DNA from: Takakia lepidozioides
Taxonomy: Eukaryota; Plantae; Bryophyta
DNA length: 64,000 nt
Assembly (NCBI GenBank): GCA_030704615.1
Contig: CM060734.1
Location: forward strand, 21,886,001-21,950,000
Reading direction: 5' to 3'
The translations under genes were made by a program, and so were the position numbers. The notes below the pieces were generated by a model that searched no databases, was not told the origin of the DNA, and saw only the letters and a program-made list of their open reading frames with translations. Below are positions 35,791-56,829 of this stretch, piece after piece. Numbering within the stretch: position 1 is the first letter of the stretch; the number at the start of each line of letters is the position of its first letter.

Positions 35791-38700
35791 CTAGTCTATA
35801 GCCTGCATTGCGCCCTCTTTCTTAGTAGTCGTTATGAGGAACAACACCTACCCTGCCGCTCATAACTACCCGCTTTTCTTGATCTTGGTTTTTAAAAGAA
35901 ACCCTGTTGGCCGTTTCTCCTCCGTTGATTGGCTTACGAATAGTGGCTAGGTAATTTTCCCAAATTTACCTTCCTCCGCATTTCACATATTACTTTTGAA
36001 TGACCACTATGATCACAATATTGGCACAACCTCCTTCTAGGTATTCATGTAGAACTTTCAACAGCCTGTTGATCCGGTGCATTTATTGATCCCAGATTAG
36101 TTACAGCGGTAGTACCGGACAAGTACGTCGGCGGCTCTGTTCGTCGTTTTGTGCAATGGGGGTCACTATTGCAGATCATGCAATGCAGAGAACCGGGCCC
36201 TCCACTCCACGTGTTTGAGTTCAAACATCCTCCCGTATCTTTTTGGCCGAGTGGCAATTTCTCCAAGTTTGGCTCCCAAACTATTTTTGTACTTCTTGGC
36301 CACTTCACCGTTGACAACTTGTGTCCATCTGTCACTGCTCCTATTGGCTGTGCAACCTGTGTAGCCTGTGATGGGCTGTGACAAACTGTGACAGACTGTG
36401 ATAGGCTGTGTTGGCTGTGTGAACACCTGTGTTCCCTCCTATGCCCATACACATGTGGCGTTACGACAAGTGCTTCATGCCCTGCTGGTGCTACTGGTGT
36501 AGCCTGTGGCTGTGTCTGTGCTTCAAGATGCAAATCATGCTGCAATGGTTTATCATGGATACCATTGTATCCCTTTAATTTGTTGGCATTGACTCTGCCA
36601 AGCATTTCTTTGTTAATTGTCTGTAACATAGCTGTGTTATTATCATACATCTTATGTATGACATAAGGTCCCTTCCATGGTGATTTAAGCTTAGAAGCTT
36701 TAATCTTCTCTTTCTTCTGCAACCATAGTATCAAATCTCATGTCTTAAAAGTTTTTAGTTTGCCTTCATCAAACCGATCCTTTCTTTTCATCTGAATCTC
36801 GCCATATTATCTGTTGCATTAGCACGTACTTCTTCCACATGATATAGTTCATGTTTTTGTACTTTGATTGAATCCTCCAATTCCATTCTCCTTCCCCATT
36901 CAGTTCTCATGGTAGGCAACAAGAATTCCACTGGAAGTAGAGCTTCCATGCCATAGACTAATTGAAATGGGTTATACTTTGTAGTGATTTTGTATGAAGT
37001 CTTGTAAGACCACAAAGTTGTTAACAGCTTTGTATCCCAATCAGTTCTGTTGGCATTGACTATCTTAGCCAAAATGGTGCACAATATCTTATTGGTAGCC
37101 TATGCCTGCCTATTACCTTGTGGGTAATAGGTTGTACTCTTCCTGTGCACAATCATGAACTTCTTGGTCAACAGTTCAATGGTCTCATTAATGAAATGAC
37201 TCCTTTGGTCACTGATAAATTCTAAGGGACAGCCAAATCTCGTGATTATGTTCTCATAAAGAAATCTAGCTGTAGATTTCGTTGTGTTATCCCACAGTGC
37301 CTTGGCTTCTACCCACTTAGTAGTATGATCTGTTTGCTGTGATTATATACTTGTTATGGGTGTTCCTGGCTGGTGGATTGATTGGCCCAACAAAGTCTAA
37401 TCCCCATTTCTGGAATGCTTCAGTAGGCATTGTAGAATGCAGTGCCATCTTTCCAGATCTCTGCAAAGGTCCTAGCCTTTGACACTCATCACAGCTCTTA
37501 CAATAATTATGTACATCTTTGAATAAGGTAGGCCACCAGTATCATGCAAGTAGTATTTTCCTGCTGGGAATCTCTTCTCCATAATGTCCTCCATCTATCC
37601 CTTTGTGAATTTCTTCCAAGACTTTATTAATTTCATGATGGTACAAGCATCTCTTTAGGACTCCATCTGGTCTCAGTTTGTACAATTTTCCTCCTATCAT
37701 AGTATATGGTAGGGCTTTAATGGCTATCCTCTTCCTTTGTTCCTTCCCATAACTAGATGGGCACTGTCCATGAGTTAGGTAATATCTGATTGGCCACTGC
37801 CAATCTAGACCAGTCATCTGCTCCCACTTCTACTGCAAATAAACTTGCATCAAGGCAGTTGATTGTCTACCCCTGCGGTGGGTTCTCCTGTTGAAAGGCA
37901 TGACAAGTGATCTGCCACCAGATGCAAACATCCAGGTTTGTAAACAACTTCGAATTCAAACTCATGCAGTATAATTAGCCATCTTGCTATCCTTCCACTT
38001 ATCAAAAGCTTGTTCACCAAATAAATCAGAGCCTAATGATCCACATAGAACATAAATTTCCTTCCCAACAAATAATGCCTGAACTTCTTGACTGAATAAA
38101 TCATTGCCAAAGCTTCTCTTTCGGTGGTGCTATAGTTCCTTTCAGCATTGTTCAATAGTCTGCTAGCCTAATACACTGGTGAATCTATGTTTCCTGTGAC
38201 ATTTTGGGCTAACACAGCTCCCAATGCTTCTCTAGAGGCATCATAGTGTACATGAAATACCATATATTGCCAATGTGGGTTAATCAACACAGGTGTAGTT
38301 GTTACTGACAATGTAAGTTCCTTGAAGGCATGTTGACACTCAGCTGTCCATGCAAACCTTGCATCCTTCTTCAAGAGTTTACTCATTGGTGCAGCCATCT
38401 GTGCATTCTGTAGTAACTGGTTTGTCCAAGGAACCTCCTTAGAGCCTTAGCATTACTTGGTGGTGGAGAGGCTTTAATAGCCTCTGTCTTTCTAGGATCT
38501 ACAAGCAGTCCTTTCTGACACACAATGTGTCCCAAAAGAACTCCTGAGTTCACACAGAAAGTACATTTTCTGGATTCAGCCCAAGGCCTCTCATTCTGCA
38601 CCTGGCCAAACATAATTCCAATTTTTGCAAGTGCTCATTCTTAGAGCTGTAAACACTGAAGTCATCTAAGAACACTTGCATGAAATCATCCAAGTACTCA

Positions 38701-38890
38701 TGGAAAGATTCATTGATCACTCTCTAGAAAGTTGCTGGTGCATTACAAAGTCCAAAAGGCATGACTTTGTATGCATAAGCACCCTAGTCTGTGATGAAAG
38801 CAATCTTTCCCTGGTCTTCTTCAGCTACTTGGACTTGGTTATACCCATTGAAGCCATCCATGAATGAATACATCTCATGGCCTACCACAG

Positions 38891-41020
38891 TGTCGCGCAC
38901 CTCACTTCAGTAAGCTCCCCTTCAAGTCATACTTACTCGCTTTGATGCGCGCGCCTAACTCCCAAACTGGCCGCCAGGCCAACTCGGAGCTTCGGTTGCT
39001 CACCGGGGCATAACGGTCCCCCTTTGGATATCCACGTCGAACACTGCCAAAGTGTCTTGCCACCTAATTTGTTTGGGGGCAACTTAGGCTGTGTGGCAAA
39101 ATACTTCACCATGATATTGTTCGTGAACACCTTCACCAGGTTGGAACCAACATAGTGGTGCCAAAGCTCAAGGCAATGCACTACTGCCTTCATTTCTTTC
39201 TCATGCATAGGCCACCGTCGCTCCACTTCATTCAGTTTCTTACTTTCGTAAGCCACTGGACGTCCATCCTGCATGAGCACACCCCCGATTGCCAAGTTTG
39301 ACGCATCTGTATGAATCTCAAATGGACGGTCGAACTCCGGGAATTTCAAGACTGAAGCTTCCACCATCCGCTGCTTCAACTCGGCAAAAGCTTGACACAA
39401 AAGGTGTTCCATACCCATACCTTGGACTTACATAGAAGGTCTGACAGCGGCCCCGCGATCTTGACAAAATGTCTCACATACTTTCGGTAGTAGGAGGCAA
39501 GTCCTAGAAAGGATCGCACTCCCGGAACCGAAGTCGGAGGTTCCCAGTCCAAGATCGCCCTCACATTTCTGTCATCCATTTTGATCCTATGTTGTGTAAT
39601 CACATGCCCTAGGAACTCCACCTTTGTAACCCCGAATTTGCACTTTGAAGCTTTGGCATAAAGCTTCATTTCCCGCAAAGCAGAGAGGATCGGGAGAGTG
39701 CAATTGCCCGTTGTGTGGGCAACCTGAAGACATTATTCATTTTCGGATACACTGTCCGGGGTTCTCTCACCAAAGAGACGTTCTCTTCAAATCTATCAAG
39801 GGAATTGTGCATGTACCTCTGTTTACTAACACCCTTTTGAGGTGCTCCAGGTGGTCTTCCTTTGTTTTCGAGTACACCAAGATGTCGTCGATGTACACGA
39901 TCACGAAGTCATCTAACCACTTCTGGCTGTTCATTAGCGTGCTAAAGATCGCGGGTGCGTTGGTGAGCCCAAAAGGCATCACCAAGAACTCATATGAACC
40001 ATATCTTGTCCTGCACGCTGTCTTCTCCTCATCTCCTTTCGCCACTTGGATTTGGTGGTAACCCGACCGCAAATCGATCCAGCTGAAATACTTCGCGTCT
40101 GCCAACCGATCAAAGAGGTCGTCAATTCTTGGCAAATGGTACCGGTTTTTTATAATCACATTGTTTAGAGCCACTTAATCAACATACATCCGCAGCGTTC
40201 CATCCTTTTTGTCTGCGAATAGCACCAGGGCTCCATAAGGTGACTTATTTGGCCGGATGTATCCCTTTGCCATGAGGTCCTTGAGCTGCTCCTTCAGCTC
40301 CACCAACTCCCTATGGCTCAACCGGTATTGTGCCTTGGCAGACGGCTCCGTTCCCGGTATCACCTCAATCTTATGGTTGACTCTTGTTCGCGGTGACAAA
40401 CCGCTCGGCAAATCCTCCGGGATCACATCTTGGTATTTCTCCAAGATCCCCTTGATCCAATCTGGGCTCGGCTCCATATCGACTTCTCCTTCCACTTGTC
40501 TCACGTAAAGCAAAAGCTGGGGCCCGTGTGGCTTTTCCACGGCCCACTCCTTTGCCGACAGTAGGTTTATTCGCCCTCCCACTTGGCTGGGTGTTTCCGA
40601 CATCCATAAAACTTCGCCACCATTCCCACATGGTAGCGTGACTACTCTCTTGCGGCCATCTATGACCGCTCCGGATTTGCTCAAAAAGGTCATCCCCAAA
40701 ATGAGATCCACTCCATCGATCTCGCAAATGGTGAAGTTCTCATGTCCCTCCCAACTCCCCAACTGAAGAGGAACATCGAACGCCAACCTCGTCGCCAGTT
40801 GTGGTTCTCTTTTGGAAGAACGCACTTCAATAGAGGCCCCCACATCACTTGTCGGGAGCCCCAGCTTCCGTGCCGTTGCCGGTGTCATGAAGGAGTGCGA
40901 CGCTCCTGTGTCCACCAACAACGACACGTTAGTTCCGGTAATTATCCCGCTCATGAATATTAACTGACTCCCTTTATGCAAGGCTCTAGTCTCCTGATAC
41001 AACTCACAAGAGTAGTTGCC
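38891..41020 (-). mobile_element. Second Ty3/gypsy element nested in the RT of the first (PR-RT-RNaseH, INT deleted, LTR stub 38891-39020)
   Basis: [54 protein letters not shown]. The stub matches solo LTR 13888. Confidence 0.92.
39678..39830 (+). mobile_element. ~150-bp LINE 3' fragment inserted into gypsy RT
   Basis: 39678-39808 is nearly identical to 274-404 and interrupts EHLKRVL...LREMKLYAK. Confidence 0.9.
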
Positions 41021-41023
41021 TAC

Positions 41024-41300
41024 CACTACAAGGAATAGGTGTTTTTTGCACCCGACTCGCGGTTGCGATTCTGTCCGAAACGACTACGCGTGAGACTCCA
41101 GGTTGTGAATGACGACTGCCAGTCATTACAGTCGTTTTTATGCCACGCTGACATAAAGGATGGAGTATAAAAGTTGCAGAAGTGAACTCCGGGTTTCACG
41201 CCGATTTATAGGCTGATTTCCAAAAATCGGGAAAAATATATTCTTGATATTAATGAAATTTGCAGTCGTGTTGACGACTGCGGGTTGGATCCCTCGGGGA
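41024..41300 (+). mobile_element. Possible CACTA element terminus
   Basis: CACTACAAGGAA lies exactly where the gypsy ORF is cut, followed by GACGACTGC/GCAGTCGT subterminal repeats. No partner end was found. Confidence 0.45.
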
Positions 41301-41499
41301 CATTTTTATCAATTGTAACCATATGGCACTATTTTGAAATTACAATGACACGCGTCGAATTGTGAGCGGTACAATTGATAGGGAGCTTGGGTTGTGAGCT
41401 CCGTAAGTCGCAGTGAGGGGGCCGAGGACTTAACGAGATTTTCAAGTCACTCTTGCTCGGCGAACACGACCTCATCTCCTTCTTCTTCCCTTCCTTCAT

Positions 41500-44447
41500 G
41501 TACTGTGTTTGCAATGCGTGTGTGATCCTGGCAGCCCTGGAAAAGGGCAAAGAGGTCCATGCTGACATTGTTGAAGCTGAAATCGTACCAGATGTTGTTA
41601 TGGACATGCTCTGATGAACATGTATGCAAAATGTGGGAGCATCGAGGATGCAAAGGGAGTGTTGGACAATATGGCCAAACGAGATGTGGTGTCTTGGACT
41701 ACGATGATCGCAGCTTATGCACAACAGGGGCGCGGGATGGAGGCTTTGGAGACCTATGAGCAAATGATGAGGGAAGAGGTGAAGCCCGACCAGATCACCC
41801 CAGGTTAGGTTTGCAAGGTGTGTGCGAGCCTGGGAGCGCTGGATAAGGGCAAGGAAGTCCATGGGGACATTGTCAAAGCTGGAATTTTACCAGATGTCAT
41901 TCTAAATAATACCCTGGTGGACATGTATGCTAAATGTGGGTGCATTGAGGATGCAAAGGGAGTGTTCGACCTAATGGCTGAACAAAATGTGGTGTCTTGG
42001 AGCGCAATGATTGCATGATATGCACAGCATGGGTGCGAGATGGAGGCTTTGGGGACCTATGAGAAAATGGTGGGAAGGGGTGAAGCCCAATCACATCACC
42101 TTTATTTGTGTCTGCAATGCGTGTGCAAGCCTAGCAGCCCTGGAAAAGGGTAGAGAGGTCCATGGTGACATCATCAAAGTGGGAATTGAACCAGATATTG
42201 TTTTGAACAATACCCTCGTGGACATGTATGCCAATTGTGGGTGCATCGAGGATGCAAAGGGAGTGTTCGACAATATGACTGAAGGAGATGTGGTGTCTTG
42301 TAACCCCATGATCGCAGGATATGCACAGCTTGGGCGCGGGATGGAGGCTTGGCCCTGAGATGCATACTGAATTCTGTAAGTTAGCTTGTTGGCTTCTGAA
42401 ATTGAGGATAAAGAGAGGGAGTCCATAATGCCTCTTCTGGCTCTTCTGGGCATGTGAAGATGCTTTGTGAGGTAGGCAGACAGAAAGAGGCTCTACAGAC
42501 TTTAAACCAAGGAGCATCTCAGCAGATTCAGATATGTATGTGGTACGATGCTTTGGATGAGCAAATCATGCACGAAGGGCTGAAGCCGAACCACATCACC
42601 ATTGTTTGTGTTTGCAATGCGTGTGCAAGCGAGCCCTGGAAAAGGGGAAAAAGAGGTCCATGGTGACATCTTCAAAGCTAGAAGTGTACCAGATGTCCAT
42701 GGCGACATCGTTAGAGCTGGAATTGTACCAAATGTCATTCTAAACACTACCCTAGTGGACATGTATGCAAATTGTGGGTACATTGAGGATGCAAAGGGAG
42801 TGTTCGACACTATGGCTGAACGAGATGTGGTGTCGTGGAGTGCGATGCTTGCAGGGTATGCACAGCAAGGACGTGGGAAGGAGGCTTTGGAGATCTATGA
42901 GATGTGGTGTCGTGGAGTGCGATGCTTGTAGGGTATGCACAGTAGGGACGTGGGATGGAGGCTTTGGAGACCTATGAGCAAATGATGGGGGAAGCACATC
43001 ATGTTTGTGTGCATTTGCAATGCTTGTGCAAGCCTGGCAGCCCTGGAGAAGGGCAAAGAGGTGCATGGGGATATCATCAAAGCTGGAATTGTACCAAATG
43101 TCATTCTAAACATTGCCCTGGCAGCTCTGGAAACGGGGAAAGAGGTCCATGGCGACATCTTCAGAGTTGGAAGTGTACCAGATTTCATTCTGAACAATAC
43201 CCTGGTGGACAAGTTTGCAAAATGTGGGTGCATCTAGGATGCAAAGGGAGTGTTCAACACTATGGCTGAACAAGATGTGGCGTCGTGCAGGCGACCCTAG
43301 AGAAGGGCAAACAGGTGCATGGGGATATCGTCAAAGCTGGAGTTGTACCAAATGTCATTCTAAACACTGCCCTGGTAGCTCTGGAAAAGGAGAAAGAGGT
43401 CCATCACGACATCTTCAGAGCTGGAATTGTACCAGCTGTCATTCTGAACAAGACCCTGGTGGATATATTTACAAAATGTGGGTGCATCTAGGATGCAAAG
43501 GGAGTGTTTGACACTATGGCTGAACGAGATGTGGTGTCGTGGAGTGCGATGCTTGCAGGGAATGCATAGCAGGGATGTGGGATGGAGGCTTTGGAGACCT
43601 ATGAGCAAATGATGGGGGAAGCACATCATGTTTGTGTGCATTTGCAATGCTTGTGCAAGCCTGGCAGCCCTGGAGAAGGGCAAAGAGGTGCATAGGGATA
43701 TCATCAAAGCTGGAATGGTACCAAATGTCATTGGAAACACTGCCCTGGCAGCTCTGGAAAAGGGGAAAGAGCTGCATGGCGACATCTTCAGAGCTGGAAT
43801 TGTACCAGATGTCATTCTGAACAAGACCTTGGTGGACATGTTTGCAAAATGTGGGTGCATCGAGGATGCAAAGGGAGTGTTCAACACTATGGCTGAACAA
43901 GATGTGGCGTCATGCAAGCCTGGTAGCCCTAGAGAAGGGCAAAGAGGTGCATGGGGATATCATCAAAGCTGGAATTGTACCAAATGTCAAATTGAACACT
44001 GCCCTGGCAGCTCTGGAAAAAGGGAAAGAGGTCCATGGTGACATCTTCAGAGCTGGAATTGTACCAGCTGTCATTCTGAACAATATCCTGGTAGACATGT
44101 TTGCAAATGTGGGTGCATCTAGTGTGCAAAAGGAGTGTTCGACACTATGGCTGAACGAGATGTGGTGTCATGGAGTGCGATGCTTGCAGGGTATGCACAA
44201 CAGGGACGTGGGATGGAGGCTTTGGAGACCTATGAGCAAATGATGGGGGAAGCACATCATGTTTGTGTGCATTTGTAATGTTTGTGCAAGCCTGGCAGCC
44301 TTGGAGAAGGGCAAAGAGGTGCATAGGGATATCATCAAAGCTGGAATTGTACCAGATGTCAATCTGAACACTACCCTGGCAGCTCTGGAAAAGGGGAAAG
44401 AGGTGCATGGCGACATCTTCAGAGCTGGAATTGTACCAGATGTCGAC
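41500..44447 (+). pseudogene. Tandemly amplified, degenerate PLS-class PPR array
   Basis: Many near-identical ACASLAALEKGKEVHGDI / TLVDMYAKCGCIEDAKGVF / DVVSWSAM.AGYAQQG units with stops and frameshifts. No E/DYW domain is visible. Confidence 0.92.
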
Positions 44448-44449
44448 TA

Positions 44450-44911
44450 GTCCATCCTCCCAATGTTCCTGATCCGAACTTTAATGTGGGACCACTTCCA
44501 GTGGAACAACATATTCATCAAGGTGTTGTCCTTCCTGTGGGTAAGTATCCCACTACACGCTATGGGGTACGCATTCGGCATCAGGATCTGACTCCTCGAC
44601 ACTTGAGTCGCCAAGAGTCAGCGGAGACTCTTATTGCTGAGGTTCGTGGATTCAGAAACGTGCCTCAGCCAGGTTATGGGAGAATTTACCAGCTACAAAC
44701 AGAGGGATCTACTAGAGCAGGATTGGTTTACAATGTATACATTGGTCAGTTTCCATCTTGTGATTGTCCCGACTTTGATGAGCTATCTGTCAAGAAGAAA
44801 AAACAAACATATATACCTTGTAAGCACATGTACTTCATGTACAACATGCATCTAGGATGCGTCGGGGCTTATGAGATCCACCAACCTTCCCTTAGCCAGT
44901 TAGAGGTTTAG
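44450..44911 (+). mobile_element. 3' fragment of a related MULE/SWIM transposase
   Basis: PGYGRIY...YNVYIGQFPSCDCPDF...YIPCKHMYF...IHQPSLS parallels PGYGRVF...YDITVSNFPNCTCPDF...FIPCKHLYF...IHQATMS at 27370-27610. Confidence 0.85.
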
Positions 44912-46379
44912 GGCTATGCTAAAGAAGGACCCTAGTTCAACTTCTTAGTGACACATGAAATGCACAAAAAAACAACCTCTAACTTGTGCCGTTCATTTTC
45001 ATGCATGTGACATGTAATTATCTTGTTACTACTTTATTCCAAACATGACACATAGCATTTGTTAGTACAGAAGTTCCTATTTTGGTTAAAATGGAACTTG
45101 TGTACTTGTCATACAAGTTTTCAAATTATAGAAATGTTTGGCATTACAAACAGACATGCAATGTGGTGGTTCCAAACATGACACATATGCATTTGTTAGT
45201 ACAAAAGTCCATATTTTGGTTAATATGAAACTGTTTTTCTTGAATACAAGTTTGCAAACTATTACTTTGGCCAGGGATCTTGTATTCTCTTCAGTTTAAG
45301 GTGGTGCATTAGTTGGAGTTAGGGGTCACATGCATCTTTGACCATTGACTACTGCTTTTGTTAGCTAAGTTTTTTTTTTTTTTTTTTTTTTTTTCTCTAT
45401 ATACATATGATGTAACATTTGCATATGCAATAAATACGTCGTATTCTATGTTATATAACTCCACTGCATACAATCTACAATGTGTGCATACAAATTTGTC
45501 ACATGCATATATAATAAGGGATTTTGTGCATGCATGCGCGCAACCTGTGCATATGGAATAGCAACCCCCCAAATGTTGCGCGCCATAAGGCATTGCACAA
45601 GACAATGCTCAATGGATTTCTAATTCTTGGAGACAAGTTGGGCAGAGGTGCGGGCCTTCCATAGCATTGTCATTGACTCCCTACAACAAGATCTGGGTTT
45701 CTTGACTCTCTATTTAACTATTTTTCCAGTCGTTTGAGACATTTATACTCTAACCCTTCGCAGTGAAACCCCAGTCCTAACGGTCAAAGTCGTTTCAGTC
45801 AAGCAGTCAAACAGGTTTTAATAGGTTGTGACAGTGAAATGTGAAATGTGACAATGAAATGTGTTAACTGCCATGGGTCCCACCCGATGTCCCAAAGTTG
45901 TATGACGTGTAGTAAAGTTATTTCACTGCAGTAAAATAGATTAACTGATTTTTGGGTGAATATATAGTGAAATTATTAACTGCATAGTGCAGGGTTTTAG
46001 TCTGAAATTTGAATCAGTGAAAATGCTAGTGTTTTAGTAAATATGCTTCACTATGGTATATATATATATATATATATAGGTTTTGATTGGTGTAGGTTTT
46101 GACTTGGTTTATATTGGTTTGTATTGGTTTAATATATAATTAGTGTTTAGGGTTATATATATATAGGTTTTGATTCGCTGCACTTCACTGAAAATATATT
46201 ATATTTATCTAATTTATTATTAATTAATTTATATATTATGTATAATTATAATTTATATTATATTATATATTTATACATACGTTATTATACATATATAATA
46301 CAAATGCAATGCAGGTACCAAAAACATTTGGATGGCTCAAAACAATTTTTTTTCATAATAAAGAAAGACCCTGTTCACG

Positions 46380-46610
46380 GCCAAATGGAACTCAAAGTGG
46401 CAGCACCTATCGGGGCTTCCGTCAGATTGGAAGCTCATGTGGAAAGACGTTTGGAGAAAGGATAGGGCCGCAGAAATCTTTAGGTTTCTTTGGAAGCTAG
46501 CTAATCGGATTCTGCTTGTTTATACCTTCATTTCAGACTCCACCACTGCCTGCCCTGTGTGTTCGTCTGCAGCCCCAGAGTCCATTGAGCACTGTCTATT
46601 GGATTGCTGA
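46380..46610 (+). mobile_element. LINE zf-RVT fragment
   Basis: WKDVWR...FLWKL...CPVCSSAAPESIEHCLLDC (frameshifted). Confidence 0.6.
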
Positions 46611-46619
46611 TTACCATGA

Positions 46620-47980
46620 GTTTAGGCGGGGGCACGATATTGAGATCGAGGAGTGGAGGATGTACTGGTCACCCGACTATGTCTCCATCACTAGAGGCAC
46701 TAGAGGCACAAGGGCAGCAGCCACACCGGCAGCTGCACCAGCAGCAGCAGCTACAACAGCAGCTTCCACGAGCAGTAGTGGGACTAGTGGTACAGAGGCT
46801 ACGACGTCCATCCAAGCTACTGCTGCACCAGCACCAAGTGGCGGTGCTTGCCTTCAACCCTGTTGTGGAGTTCTTTGAAGAGTTGAGAAAGAACTACCAA
46901 GGGGTGAGGACAGAGAAGTTGAGGAGCTTGCAAGAGTTCCAACGGAAGCCTACTAAGAGCTTGAGGGAGGCTTTTACTCGCATGAGGCGCTTGATTAATG
47001 TAACCCAAGAGGTTACGGAGGCTCAGGCAGTCCAGTTCTGGTACGGGATATTGGACAAGGAGCTGAGGAGAAGGGTGCGGGATGCAACTCTTCTACAAGC
47101 GGCCCAACCCACCTTAGCAAATGTGTTTTTGCTGGCAGAGCGGATAGAGCTCAATAGGAACGAGTGGACATGGTGGGATTTGCTAAGGAGGCACCACGGG
47201 GTAGTGGTGCTCCTAGCCAACAACTACCTCATCGTGCTCAAGGCAACAAGGGGGCTCATGTGAAGCCCAGGGAAGGGCAGAGAGGACCTCAGATGCAGGG
47301 GTCTCTCCCTTCATTTGCTGGCCAACAACGGGCGGATGTGGTGTGCTGGACATGTGGAGGACCCCATGTCAAGAAGGATTGCCCAGAGGGAGACAATGGT
47401 TTGGAACCGGCACAGCCTGCACAGTTGAAGTGTGGGCATTGTCGCAAGTACGGGCATAGAGAAGCCCAGTGTTATGGTTTGCATCCTGAGTTGCGCCCAG
47501 GCCAATTCCAAGGGAACAATGGTGGCCGGGGGCGAGGTGGAGCAGCCCAGAAAGAACGAGGTGGCCAGGCACGAGGTGCAGGCCAAGGGCAAGCTCAACA
47601 TGGCCTAAGGACGCGGAGGTCAGGGTGGTGACCAAGGCATGGCCAACCGGCTTCAGCAGCTAGAGCAGAGGCTTGCTGCCATGGCCACAGCTCAGGTGGT
47701 ATCGGCTCCAAGGCCGGATGGTCCACCTCCTGCTCCTGAAGGAGGAGACTTGGGAGGCATGGGATTCATGTGCGGGGCAGCACTACCACTAGTGAGGGGT
47801 GCCACTACCACTACCACTATGTGCGGGGCAGGACTATCACTAGTGCAAGTGGAGTCAGCTGCAGCAGTGACTCGAGGAGCAGCACGAGTTCATGAGCCAC
47901 GGGGTGCGGAGGTGGAGTTGGATCCACAGCGTGGGGAGGCAAGCCGTCAGGCTAGGCTTCCTCAGTCATTCACATTGGCG
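46620..47980 (+). mobile_element. LTR retrotransposon gag fragment
   Basis: LQEFQRKPTKSLREAFTRMRRLI (gag core) and zinc knuckles CWTCGGPHVKKDC and CGHCRKYGHREAQC. Confidence 0.8.
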
Positions 47981-47984
47981 GAGA

Positions 47985-48385
47985 CAGTCTGGGCCTTCTT
48001 CAGGTTGAGCGATCCAGCCATGGCTATGGATACAAAAGAACCTCAGACGATGTGTTGCACCATCTGCCACCCCAACCGAGCTGAATCTGTGTCTTCCCGT
48101 AGCACAACACGCTCTAAGAAGGGCATAGTCAGGTATAACGCTAACCATGGTATCACTAGCATGAAGAAACACTTGGTTAACGAGCATGAGGAGGATCTGA
48201 AGAAGTATAAGGAATTTGCCAAGACTGTTGAGGTGAGTCTGCTAGGCAGAAGACTAAGAAGAGGAAAGGGGTCAATCCATCGTCCATAACTTAGTTTTTT
48301 GGTACTGAAAATCCCTACAAAAAATGTGATGTGGACCACAAGAAGTTCATAGAGGATCTGGTCATGTACATTGCAAAAGCTGGAA
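47985..48385 (+). mobile_element. hAT-like transposase fragment (BED zinc finger)
   Basis: VWAFF...MCCTICH...YNANHGITSMKKHLVNEH followed by KFIEDLVMYIAK. Confidence 0.75.
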
Positions 48386-48893
48386 GTTAGGAGATCGGGT
48401 CCCGATCTTTGACTTTCACTTGCTATAGCAGGTTGGTTTTGCCAGTCACCTGCCGATCAGGTCTCTCTTTTTGTGTGAAGCATGCATGGATGTGTGTGAA
48501 GCTTGCACACATGGAAGAAGGAGACCGGTAACACAACCGGCTTGTTCCGTCGCCAAGTCAACGGTCGGGCCCTTGGTCAAACCCATTCCAATGATGATGT
48601 CATTGGAAGGGGTCGGGGTCTACATGGAAACAGGCTCTAAGCCTCGTAGCAAAGGGGGACTATATTAGGATGGTACTGGTCTACCCTTAGGTTGTACGGC
48701 TGACACGTATTCGCCTGGTAGGTTCTCTCGTACCCACTATTGATACCGCGATAACCCTATATACCAGTACAACACTGATTTGAACCCCGAATCACCTGGG
48801 TTGTTCTTAGAGTTGCATAAAAAAATGAGACCTAAATTTAAATTTCTGTGACGCTGACGCTTGTTGACGCGACGCCAGAGCAACACTGTATTT

Positions 48894-48903
48894 TTTAGGG
48901 TTT
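48894..48903. promoter_or_regulatory. Telo-box (TAGGGTTT) upstream of NAA25
   Basis: TTTAGGGTTT lies ~125 bp before the ATG. Telo-boxes are common in plant translation-related promoters, but the motif is short. Confidence 0.35.
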
Positions 48904-49027
48904 CGGGTTCCATAGCCAGTGTATTGTGTGGAAGCAGGAGAGCGGTGCAGAGGAGACGCGAGGATCAATGAGGTGAGGCCTGCTGTTTCCATCCCTCTGT
49001 GCTTCTACTCTGGCGGGAGCCAACACT

Positions 49028-56829
<7,802 letters not shown>

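Larger units (their letters stand above)
33594..38890 (-). mobile_element. Ty3/gypsy LTR retrotransposon, 3' half (RT-RNaseH-INT, extra ORF, PPT, 3' LTR), decayed; non-chromovirus-like
   Basis: [57 protein letters not shown] core and WKGPY. PPT at 34652-34665 lies next to the LTR start TGTTACA at 34648. Confidence 0.92.
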
